Both the position numbers and the translations under genes were made by a program. DNA of 64,000 nt from a virus, in the IMG/VR virus record IMGVR_UViG_3300021962_000044, positions 47,076 to 111,075 of that record, one strand, 5' to 3'. Below, in pieces: positions 38,340-47,051 of the stretch. The notes beneath the pieces were generated by a model. That model saw only the letters and a list, made by a program, of their open reading frames with translations, ran no database searches and had not been told where the DNA came from. Positions within the stretch are counted from its first letter, which is position 1. Each line of letters starts with the position of its first letter.

Positions 38340-39002
38340 ATGAGTGAAATTAATGTTTTACCATTATTTTCTACTCCGGTGATGTACGAATATAAAACAG
38401 AATATCGTGTTTCACAAAAAGAAAAAGATATTTTATATTCTTTGGAAGAGCGAACCAATTATGGAAATGCTCTTTCTAAAAATACATATGTTTTAGATTT
38501 ACCTGGATTAGAAAATTTAAAAAGTTTTTTGCAATTTAAATTAGATTATTATGCAAAAAATATTGTAGCTGTAGAAGAACAGAAATTCTATATTACAAAT
38601 TCCTGGACAACAAGGAATCAAATGGGTGAAAAACATCATTCACATAGACACCCAAATTCTATGCTAAGTGGTGTATTTTATCTGGAAGCTGATGGTAATT
38701 CGCCTTTAGAAATTTCACATCGTTCTAGGATTTTTGAAGATTTTAGATTTTCATTTAAACATACCGAAATGAATATGTTTAATTCTCCGTCTTGGAAGGG
38801 GTTAGTTGTTACAGGAAGTTTAATCATATTTCCAAGTTGGCTAGTCCATGAAGCACACTCAAACACATCTAATATAGATAGACGAGTATTAGGATTTAAT
38901 AGTTTTGTTGAGGGTAAGTTTGGTCCTCAACTAGGATCTGAAGATGCATATTCCGCAGAACTTATACTTACTAACTCAAAGGAAAATTATGGCAACACGT
39001 AA
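38340..39002 (+). CDS. 2OG-Fe(II) oxygenase (TIGR02466-like)
   Basis: LFSTP, SW, H.H.H.NS.LSGVFY, G.LIIFPSWL.H, R.VLGFN. Confidence 0.85.
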   Translation: MSEINVLPLFSTPVMYEYKTEYRVSQKEKDILYSLEERTNYGNALSKNTYVLDLPGLENLKSFLQFKLDYYAKNIVAVEEQKFYITNSWTTRNQMGEKHHSHRHPNSMLSGVFYLEADGNSPLEISHRSRIFEDFRFSFKHTEMNMFNSPSWKGLVVTGSLIIFPSWLVHEAHSNTSNIDRRVLGFNSFVEGKFGPQLGSEDAYSAELILTNSKENYGNT

Positions 39003-39213
39003 ATTAAAGAATATAGATAACGAGCAATGGCCTAAAATTAATCAAGGAACTCATCTAACAGTAAAAACATTTGAAGATGGGCACACTGAGTTACTATGGG
39101 ATTGGGACGCACTAGTCAATGAAGTACGTGAAGCTTGTGCTAGTGCTAAACTTGCCAATACAAAGCCTGCAGTTAAGGCTAAATCAAAAAAATCAGTTGC
39201 TAAAACAAAATGA
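38989..39213 (+). CDS. Hypothetical protein
   Basis: ATG at 38989 with AAGGA SD; basic C-terminus. Confidence 0.55.
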   Translation: MATRKLKNIDNEQWPKINQGTHLTVKTFEDGHTELLWDWDALVNEVREACASAKLANTKPAVKAKSKKSVAKTK

Positions 39214-39294
39214 TAAATACATATGTTGCATAAAGGCAACAATATAGACCTAGGTCTCGTTGAGCATTAACGATAGATGCTTTGAAAGGAACAT

Positions 39295-39972
39295 ATGTAT
39301 AAACTTTATCAAATAACCAATACGGTCAACGGAAAATCGTATATAGGTATCACTAAACTTTCCATAACTGAACGATGGAATGTCCATATCTCTAACTCAA
39401 TAAAACCCAAATATCCATTACATCACGCTATTGCAAAGTATGGATACAATTCTTTTACAATTAATCTTTTAGAAGAAAATCAGGATAGAAAAGTTATCAG
39501 TGGACTAGAAGAACCCACTATTCAGAGACTAAGAACTCATGTAAGTAAACACGGATATAATGTTGCCAAAGGTGGTTATGGTGGTGATTTAGGGCCAGAG
39601 GCTACTGCAAAACGAATTGAAACAATCAAAAACTATTCACCTGAAAGAAAAGCCAAACATCAAGAAAAATTGCGGTTGCGTAATTTAGGTAAGACGAAAG
39701 AAAATGATGCCGGAAGATTATCACAATCAGAAAAAATAAAAGGTAATTCTTTTAGAAAAAACATACCACACACCCCTAAATCAAGTTTAAAAATTTCTAG
39801 GGCAAATACAGGTAAAATAAGATCCGAAAGCTCTAGACAGCTATATAGTAAAATTGCTAAAATAAGAGGAACAGGACCTCAATTGCAAGGCAAAAAAGTA
39901 AGTTGTATTTGCTGCCAAAGAGATTGGGATTTAGGTAATTTCACACAACATATCAAAAGGAATTTAAAATGA
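39295..39972 (+). mobile_element. Free-standing GIY-YIG homing endonuclease (NUMOD3 repeats)
   Basis: LYQITNTVNGKSYIGIT, R...H, E, GYN...GG; HT..S..KIS..N.GK.RS; inserted directly before folE. Confidence 0.9.
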
Positions 39973-40649
39973 GTTTTAATAAAAACAAAGCAGACTCGGA
40001 GTTGGGAAAACAAGTACATGAATATTTGGTAAAGATGGGTGTAGAAACACCTACAAATCCTAACGGATTGAGCCGTACTGATAAAATTGATATCATTGAA
40101 GCAAAATTCACTGATATAATGAATGCATTGGGATTAGATTTATCTGATGATAGTTTAATTGAAACCCCGAAACGTGTTGCAAAAATGATGGTAGGGGAAA
40201 TCTTTTGGGGGCTAGACTATGAAGCATTCCCAAAATGTACAACAGTTGACAACAAGATGCAATACAACGAAATGGTTGTAGAGCGTAATGTTAATGTTCA
40301 ATCTAACTGCGAACATCATTTTGTAGTAATTGATGGATTGGCTACTGTAGCTTATGTCCCTAAACAAAAAGTATTAGGGCTTAGTAAGATCAACCGTATT
40401 GTAGAATATTTTAGCAAAAGACCTCAGATTCAAGAGAGGTTAACAGAGCAAATTTTTCACACCTTACAGTTCATCCTTGATACAGAAGATGTTGCAGTTA
40501 TGATTGATGCCCAACACTATTGCGTTAAAAGCAGGGGAGTTGAGGATACAGGATCTAGTACTGTTACTTGTCGTTTAGGTGGAGGATTTAAATCTGATCC
40601 AGCGGCACGACAAGAGTTCTTACAGATTGCTAACAAAGGTTGCAAATGA
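39969..40649 (+). CDS. folE: GTP cyclohydrolase I
   Basis: [42 protein letters not shown]. Confidence 0.96.
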   Translation: MSFNKNKADSELGKQVHEYLVKMGVETPTNPNGLSRTDKIDIIEAKFTDIMNALGLDLSDDSLIETPKRVAKMMVGEIFWGLDYEAFPKCTTVDNKMQYNEMVVERNVNVQSNCEHHFVVIDGLATVAYVPKQKVLGLSKINRIVEYFSKRPQIQERLTEQIFHTLQFILDTEDVAVMIDAQHYCVKSRGVEDTGSSTVTCRLGGGFKSDPAARQEFLQIANKGCK

Positions 40650-40837
40650 AGTTTAAATTAGGTGATATGGTTAAAAAAGTATCAGGTTCACAATGGCACG
40701 GTAAAGTAGTAGGTACATATTCAACTGAGTTAACTCCTGAAGGATATGCAGTTGAAAGTCATACAGAAAAAGGTTCTGTTCAAATATATCCTGCAAAGGC
40801 TCTTGAGTTATGGGAGTTGAATAATGGGAATGCGTAA
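40646..40837 (+). CDS. dfrB: Type B (R67-like) dihydrofolate reductase
   Basis: [52 protein letters not shown] aligns along the whole R67 SH3 core, including the VQIY active-site motif. Confidence 0.9.
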   Translation: MKFKLGDMVKKVSGSQWHGKVVGTYSTELTPEGYAVESHTEKGSVQIYPAKALELWELNNGNA

Positions 40838-41060
40838 ACAAATGGATTACAATAGTGTACATCATCAAATCTATATGTCTGGTGTAGAACTACATAGTAA
40901 CTACAATGATGGTTACAATCAATTTGAAATCAAAAAAGATTTACATCGTATTAAATGGCTATTAGATGAGATTATGGCTGATAGTCCTACATTTGCAGGT
41001 GAGGATGAATTCTTAAAAGAACATGAGCAAACTAAGATGTGGAGAACTCTTTCAAAATGA
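40824..41060 (+). CDS. Hypothetical protein
   Basis: 78-aa ORF overlapping its neighbours. Confidence 0.55.
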   Translation: MGMRKQMDYNSVHHQIYMSGVELHSNYNDGYNQFEIKKDLHRIKWLLDEIMADSPTFAGEDEFLKEHEQTKMWRTLSK

Positions 41061-41530
41061 TTTTTAATCACATTAAGAAACTTAAACAAGACGGTAAGAA
41101 AATTGGTATTACCTTCAGTACATTTGACCTACTTCACGCAGGTCATATTGCTATGTTAAGTGAAGCAAAGAATCATTGTGATTACTTAATTTGTGGACTA
41201 CAAACTGACCCGACTATTGATCGTCCTGATACTAAGAATAAACCTATTCAAAGTATCGTAGAACGACAGATTCAACTTGCGGCTTGCCGTTATGTAGATG
41301 AAGTAGTTGTATATCAAACTGAACAGGACCTTATAGACTTATTACTTATTCTACCATTAGATGTTCGCATTTTGGGTGTTGAATATGCTGAGAAAGAGTT
41401 TACTGGAAGATATGAAGGCGGAGAGCGTGGCATTGAACTTGTGTTTAATGGTCGTGACCACAGTTTCAGTAGTTCAAGTTTACGTAAACGGGTAGCTGAT
41501 GCCCAAATTATTAATACTCTTAATAAATAA
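41057..41530 (+). CDS. Cytidylyltransferase (TagD/RfaE-like)
   Basis: FSTFDLLHAGH, LICGLQTD, ER...L.ACRYVDEV, SSSSLR. Confidence 0.88.
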   Translation: MIFNHIKKLKQDGKKIGITFSTFDLLHAGHIAMLSEAKNHCDYLICGLQTDPTIDRPDTKNKPIQSIVERQIQLAACRYVDEVVVYQTEQDLIDLLLILPLDVRILGVEYAEKEFTGRYEGGERGIELVFNGRDHSFSSSSLRKRVADAQIINTLNK

Positions 41531-41534
41531 GATA

Positions 41535-41600
41535 ACCGGTCTCTTTGGGCTCATCCCGGTATACAAATTCTGCGTCCTATGCTATAATATAACATAGGAG
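41535..41600 (+). promoter_or_regulatory. Candidate preQ1-I-like riboswitch plus SD-sequestering hairpin upstream of queD
   Basis: P1 ACCGG/CCGGT, loop starting UC and ending CAUC, A-rich tail AUACAAA; TCCTATG (41575-81) pairs with CATAGGA (41593-99) over the SD. Confidence 0.45.
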
Positions 41601-41606
41601 AACACA

Positions 41607-42089
41607 ATGGCAAACAAAAAATTCTTTTCAACAAAAACATACAGACAAATAGGTCCTGTAGCATATCGTCAATGGCGTGCTGACAGTCATTGTAACTTAA
41701 TTCATGGATATGCTATGAGTTTTCACTTTGAGTTTGAAGCTGATACATTAGATGCCCGTAACTGGGTAACTGACTTTGGTGGATTACGCCCACTTAAAGA
41801 TAAACTAGAAGAATGGTTTGACCATACTCTACTAGTCGCACAAGATGACCCAATGCGTGAACATCTATTAGAACTAGGTAGATTGAAACTAGCAAAGATT
41901 ACAGAAGTAGAACGTACTGGTTGTGAAGGTATTTCAGACTTTTTATACGAATATGTTAATACAATCTTTTTACCTAACTGCGGTAGTGAAGAAGCTAAAC
42001 GTGTTTGGTGTTGTAGAGTAGAAGTACGTGAGACTGATAGCAATATGGCAGGCCGTAGTGGTCACAGAGAAGATAGAGAGTTTGAGTAA
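41607..42089 (+). CDS. queD: 6-carboxy-5,6,7,8-tetrahydropterin synthase
   Basis: CNLIHGY, WVTDFG.L, FDHTLL, TGCE, VEVRET. Confidence 0.85.
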   Translation: MANKKFFSTKTYRQIGPVAYRQWRADSHCNLIHGYAMSFHFEFEADTLDARNWVTDFGGLRPLKDKLEEWFDHTLLVAQDDPMREHLLELGRLKLAKITEVERTGCEGISDFLYEYVNTIFLPNCGSEEAKRVWCCRVEVRETDSNMAGRSGHREDREFE

Positions 42090-42937
42090 TGGCACAGTTA
42101 AAAATTTCAGAACTATTTTATAGTATACAAGGAGAGGGCCGATATATCGGTGTACCAAGTATTTTCCTAAGAACATTTGGTTGTAACTTTACCTGTGCAG
42201 GCTTTGGCATGCCTAAAGGTCAAGTAAGTAAAGAAGTAGAAGATATTGCCGCAAGGGTTCACTATTATGATGATTATAAAAAATTACCGTTGGTTAGTAC
42301 AGGGTGTGATAGTTATGCTAGTTGGGATCCTAGGTTTAAGCATCTTAGCCCTATGCGTAGCACCGATGATATTGTTGACAGCATTATGGCTATGCTTCCT
42401 CACAGTCGCTGGATGGATGAGCACCTTGTTATCACTGGTGGAGAGCCTCTACTTGGTTGGCAAAGGTCTTATCCTGAATTACTTTCAAACGAAAAGATGA
42501 GAGCATTAAAAGAGATTACTTTTGAAACTAATGGTACACAAGAACTAAGTCAAGACCTATCAATCTATCTACAGAAGTGGAAGATTAATAGAGAAAAGAA
42601 TGCATTAACATTTAGTGTTAGTCCTAAACTAAGTATCAGTGGTGAGAAGTGGGAAGACGCAATTTGTCCTGATATCATTCGTCAATATGAAACTGTAGGC
42701 TTTGTGTATTTAAAGTTTGTGATTGCTACTAAAGAAGATGCATTAGAAGCAGATAAAGCCGTACAAGCGTTTCGGACTGGTGGATTTAGAGGTCCAGTAT
42801 ACTTTATGCCATGCGGTGGTGTAGAATCTGTTTATAATTTAAATGCAAAAAATGTTGCTATTGAAGCAATGAATCGTGGTTATCGTTATAGTGATAGATT
42901 ACAAGTGCCGTTGTTTAAGAATGAATGGGGAACATAA
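42089..42937 (+). CDS. queE: 7-carboxy-7-deazaguanine synthase (radical SAM)
   Basis: ISELFYSIQGEG...G.PSIFLRTFGCN..C, CDS, VITGGEP, ETNG, VSPK, RLQ. Confidence 0.9.
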   Translation: MAQLKISELFYSIQGEGRYIGVPSIFLRTFGCNFTCAGFGMPKGQVSKEVEDIAARVHYYDDYKKLPLVSTGCDSYASWDPRFKHLSPMRSTDDIVDSIMAMLPHSRWMDEHLVITGGEPLLGWQRSYPELLSNEKMRALKEITFETNGTQELSQDLSIYLQKWKINREKNALTFSVSPKLSISGEKWEDAICPDIIRQYETVGFVYLKFVIATKEDALEADKAVQAFRTGGFRGPVYFMPCGGVESVYNLNAKNVAIEAMNRGYRYSDRLQVPLFKNEWGT

Positions 42938-42946
42938 GATAGTTCC

Positions 42947-43180
42947 ATGTTAGATTATCCAATAGATGATGATGTATTTTACAACAATGCATTAATGAGA
43001 GGTCTAGGATCAACTCTTAAGTTTGCATGGTTGCCTAAAAGATGCGTGTTAACAGGTAAGTTAATTTGGTTAAAATATGGTTATAGAATTACAGCAATGT
43101 GGACAGGGCCAGGTGAGCCCGTATTTGAACACAAGTGGCACGATAAGAATGCCCATATTATGTGGTTATTAAAAAGGTAA
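42947..43180 (+). CDS. Hypothetical protein
   Basis: 77 aa; FAWLPKRC..TGK.IWLK. Confidence 0.5.
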   Translation: MLDYPIDDDVFYNNALMRGLGSTLKFAWLPKRCVLTGKLIWLKYGYRITAMWTGPGEPVFEHKWHDKNAHIMWLLKR

Positions 43181-43184
43181 ATAT

Positions 43185-43367
43185 ATGTATGAATTAAGAT
43201 ATCTTGTCCGAAGTGGTTGGGACGGACCTGAACAAGTGTTACAATATAGAACACAACTTGAAGTTACAGACTATAGCGGAACTACTACAAACGGTAGTTT
43301 TACTAAAAAACGTGAATGGACTGAATGGCAAGATGTACCTACTATAGATGAAACTAAGAAAAAATGA
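43185..43367 (+). CDS. Hypothetical protein
   Basis: 60 aa; VLQYR...WTEWQDVP; ATGA overlap with the next gene. Confidence 0.55.
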   Translation: MYELRYLVRSGWDGPEQVLQYRTQLEVTDYSGTTTNGSFTKKREWTEWQDVPTIDETKKK

Positions 43368-44701
43368 GAACATACGATAAACGAATTGGCTTTTTAGTAA
43401 GCTATCAAACCCTCATCCCGCACGGGGGAATAGGGCAATTTACTAAAAGTTTTTGCGAATTAATGAATCAACATAATATTAAAGTTGATATCATTACGGA
43501 TAAAGAACCACAAAATACTGAGTTTGTTAAATCTATAAAAGCAAATATTATTGCTCCATTGGAATCATTAAAATATACCGATCACAGCAGTATCTTTATG
43601 TATGGAGATACATTTTGTTATGAACGAATGGCTAACTTCCGTACAGCTATTGTAGAAGCATTAGAACATAATCTATATGATGCATTGATATGTAACACCT
43701 ACGAAACTGTACAAGTAGCAAGTACTATGGGACTTGAAGATGTTATTCAAGTGATTGCATACACACACTTAGAAAGTCAAATCTTTAAAGATACAAAAAA
43801 TCCCTTTTTGTATTCTACAAATGAAATGATGCGTAAACAATTAGATATGAATGGTATTGTAGTTGGTACACAGAGTAAATTTAATCAAGTTAGTATTGGT
43901 GACACAGTATTTCATTTACCTATTCCTATCACCGAGTCTAGTCTATTAAAAGAATATCACAATCCGCGTGAAGGTATATTGTTTGTAGGTAGATGGGAAG
44001 AAGGTAAGAATCCTGAATTGTTTATTGATTTAATTGAACAAACAAAACTACCTGCAAAAGTTATGACTAGTCCAAACGGTGTTAAGAAGTTTGAAGAACG
44101 ACTATCAAAATTAGGTGTCAAGTATGATGTTCGTGCTAGTATTGTAGGTCAAGAAAAAGTTGACTTTATGACAAGTGCTAGAATTGCATTCAATCCTAGT
44201 ATTGTTGAGAGTTATGGTATGGCATTCTATGAACAACATATTCAATTACCTACATTAGTATTAGAAAATCAACGTTGGACTAATAACTTTAACAAAGATT
44301 TCTTTTACACTTGTACTAAAAAAGATATGGCATCAAAAGCAAAAGAATTGTACGATATTTTTGAAAAAGCAGAAAGATGGTATAACTTGGGATCATTGCA
44401 ACATGCACAAGAACAAGAAGCTACTGTCTTTCATAAATGGAACAACTGTTTTAATGACTTTGAACCTAAAAAATCTAACACAAATACTGCAAAGATATGT
44501 AATGAAAATACAGTTAAACTTGTTGACTTCATTAGTGATTTAAACCGTAGTATTATATGTATTGATGATGTACGCAGTGTTTTAACCAATAAACATAAGT
44601 TTAGAGTTATCTATACTGATGACGACACATATTTAACAAAAGATCCTAGTTTTGAACCAATAGAAGAAGTTGAAAGTTTATCACTATTTGAGGGATTATG
44701 A
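43364..44701 (+). CDS. GT4-like (GT-B) glycosyltransferase
   Basis: PHGGIG, LFVGRWEEGKNP, FNPSIVESYGMAFYE (E-x7-E). Confidence 0.85.
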   Translation: MRTYDKRIGFLVSYQTLIPHGGIGQFTKSFCELMNQHNIKVDIITDKEPQNTEFVKSIKANIIAPLESLKYTDHSSIFMYGDTFCYERMANFRTAIVEALEHNLYDALICNTYETVQVASTMGLEDVIQVIAYTHLESQIFKDTKNPFLYSTNEMMRKQLDMNGIVVGTQSKFNQVSIGDTVFHLPIPITESSLLKEYHNPREGILFVGRWEEGKNPELFIDLIEQTKLPAKVMTSPNGVKKFEERLSKLGVKYDVRASIVGQEKVDFMTSARIAFNPSIVESYGMAFYEQHIQLPTLVLENQRWTNNFNKDFFYTCTKKDMASKAKELYDIFEKAERWYNLGSLQHAQEQEATVFHKWNNCFNDFEPKKSNTNTAKICNENTVKLVDFISDLNRSIICIDDVRSVLTNKHKFRVIYTDDDTYLTKDPSFEPIEEVESLSLFEGL

Positions 44702-45528
44702 AAAAGATTTTAATTACTGGTTGTTCAGGATACATAGGTTCACATCTATCTAAGATGTTAGCTAATGATTATGAAGTTTATGGTTTAGATATTGATGAAC
44801 CACAGGCACCACTTAATGAGTTTTATCGCTGTGATATCAATAGACAATTTGCTATCCCAGGTGATATAGAATATGATTGTGTAATTCATTTAGCGGCATT
44901 AGTACGTGTGGGTGAGAGTGAACAAATACCTATCAAGTACTATATCACTAACTTAAATGGTACAATGAATGTAGTTAATAAAATAAAGACAAAGAACTTT
45001 ATCTTTGCTAGTACAGGCGCCGCACAAGATTGTTCTAGTGCTTATGGTATCAGCAAGCGAGCCGCTGAAGATGTAGTTAGAGAATATTGTACAAAACATA
45101 AACAACAAGATTATACTATCTTTAGATTCTATAACGTTATCGGAAGTGATGGTTATGAACCAACCAACCCTGATGGTTTAATGTACAAACTAATGGAAGC
45201 ACGTGATACAGGCGTATTTACTATATATGGTAATGATTATGATGTATCACCTGACGGTACTTGTGTACGTGACTATGTTCATGTTAATGAAATATGTGAT
45301 GCAATAAAACAAGCTATTGAGAAGCCTAGTAATAGTGTTGAATGTCTAGGACATGGTGTAGGATATACGGTACAAGATATTGTTGATTTATTTCAAAAAG
45401 TAAATAATTGTGACTTTACAGTAAAATACGGCACTAGAAGAAAGGGTGATTTACCTAGTAGTGTACTAGCCAATGTGTCACCTTATATGCGTAATCTTTA
45501 CTCTATGGAAGAGTTATTGAAAGTTTAA
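44698..45528 (+). CDS. NAD-dependent NDP-sugar epimerase (GalE-like)
   Basis: ITGCSGYIGSH, HLAA, YGISK (YxxxK), RFYNV.G, DGTCVRDYVHV, RRKGD. Confidence 0.9.
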   Translation: MKKILITGCSGYIGSHLSKMLANDYEVYGLDIDEPQAPLNEFYRCDINRQFAIPGDIEYDCVIHLAALVRVGESEQIPIKYYITNLNGTMNVVNKIKTKNFIFASTGAAQDCSSAYGISKRAAEDVVREYCTKHKQQDYTIFRFYNVIGSDGYEPTNPDGLMYKLMEARDTGVFTIYGNDYDVSPDGTCVRDYVHVNEICDAIKQAIEKPSNSVECLGHGVGYTVQDIVDLFQKVNNCDFTVKYGTRRKGDLPSSVLANVSPYMRNLYSMEELLKV

Positions 45529-47051
45529 GCTAAATGTGTCATTAAGGTATTCATTTGTTGAACACCACCTTTTGATAACTGAAATCCTTTTTGGTCTGCA
45601 CGTTTGATTCGTTGGTCATAACTAGGATGTGAGCTATTGGGAAGTTTAGTTATACTATTATAAAAGTCGTAATCAGATTGTTTTTGGTGCAAGAACTTAA
45701 ACATCTCAACTTTGTTGTAACCTAAAGCCCTACATAACTTAATAGCAAAGTCGTCAGCATCCATTTCTTCCCGACGTGCTTTCCCGGGATCAGGCTGAAA
45801 ACCGTGTCCTAGGGCAATGTGTCCCAGTTCATGTGCAATAGCAAATGCCAGTGTAGAATCAGGAGCATCCCAAAACACAGTTAGGTCAAGACTGACATTA
45901 CGAGTATCAGCATTTCCTTGAACCCACTGGTCATTCGACGTAACAAGAACTTTTGTCCCCTGCAGTCTTTGTGCCCATTCTGGTCCGGCGGCTCGCATTA
46001 ACTTACCCAGCATACCATTACTGCGTTGTTGCAGTTGTTCAAATCTAGGCATCCAAACGTCAGGTTGTTTTTTTATAGTTTCTAAATCTTGATATTCACC
46101 TGCTTTAGCTAAACCAGTAGCACCTAATGCGGCAGCACCTGCTGCACCTTTAAGCAGGTCTCTACGACTAATAGCTTCAGCTAATTCATTGTTCGTTTTT
46201 ACAATAGGTGGAACCCAGTTGTATAGTTCTCTTGGACCGCCGGATTCATTGTGGTAATAATTTGCTTTAAACGGACCATCAAATTTAATAACGTTTTGAA
46301 CTTCTTTTGGATTACCACCTGTTAATCTCTTAAATGCATCTATTGCTTTTTCTTTTGTCAAACCAGCCTTATTAAACTCACCGGTATCACCAATAGGCAA
46401 GATTAAGCCATCAGGTGTAGCACTCCATAATGTATATCCATCTGGATTGTCTCTCCTTGCTACGATTTGAACTTCATTTGGCTTATAGTAATGTTTACTA
46501 TTCAATGGTGGTTTAGCTAACTTACGTGAGAACGTTCCCTTATTAGTAGGATCATCTTTCATAGCAGTTAATTCTAAGCCACTATCACTAATCAATTTTA
46601 ATAGACCTTCTGGAACTTTATTCATTAACTCTTTGCGTATCTGAATGCCCACAACATATGGTTTCTTAACAGGGATCCCTATACCTCTCGGATGATAGAT
46701 ACGTTCTTCTGTTTCTTGTTTATACATTGGGTTACTAGCTGTTGGACCCGTACCATCAGGTTGATTATAGAATTGCATATAAGAGAATGGCATTACTTTG
46801 AATCCAGCTTGACGTAATGCATTTCTATCTAGTACAAGTTGAATACTGCCGCCGCCATACGGGAATCTATAATATTGATTTCTACTTGCGCTGATTACTG
46901 GTATCTCCCAACCACCTTCTTCATCTGTATCAGATAAGTGTGGTTGTATCACACCTTTTCTGAGTATGTTCCAGATTTGATTAGGTTGTGATACACTATG
47001 ATAAACATAGTCTCCGCCTACGGCTTCTGATAAAAATTCACTTGCTCTCAT
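45525..47051 (-). CDS. Modular polyprotein: ART-like module + Tat signal + M48 metallopeptidase
   Basis: Leader MRASEFLSE|A; YVYHS...ISASR...ETEERI; LAE|AISRRDLLKG..AKA|G; AIAHELGH, EMDAD, SHPS...RI. Confidence 0.75.
   Translation of the reverse strand: MRASEFLSEAVGGDYVYHSVSQPNQIWNILRKGVIQPHLSDTDEEGGWEIPVISASRNQYYRFPYGGGSIQLVLDRNALRQAGFKVMPFSYMQFYNQPDGTGPTASNPMYKQETEERIYHPRGIGIPVKKPYVVGIQIRKELMNKVPEGLLKLISDSGLELTAMKDDPTNKGTFSRKLAKPPLNSKHYYKPNEVQIVARRDNPDGYTLWSATPDGLILPIGDTGEFNKAGLTKEKAIDAFKRLTGGNPKEVQNVIKFDGPFKANYYHNESGGPRELYNWVPPIVKTNNELAEAISRRDLLKGAAGAAALGATGLAKAGEYQDLETIKKQPDVWMPRFEQLQQRSNGMLGKLMRAAGPEWAQRLQGTKVLVTSNDQWVQGNADTRNVSLDLTVFWDAPDSTLAFAIAHELGHIALGHGFQPDPGKARREEMDADDFAIKLCRALGYNKVEMFKFLHQKQSDYDFYNSITKLPNSSHPSYDQRIKRADQKGFQLSKGGVQQMNTLMTHLA

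Noticed and set aside
24337-39972. Group I introns or inteins around the HNH and GIY-YIG genes
   Set aside because: Flanking genes (polyprotein, dps, folE, polymerase) are intact and the intergenic space is too short for an intron core, so the endonucleases are free-standing.
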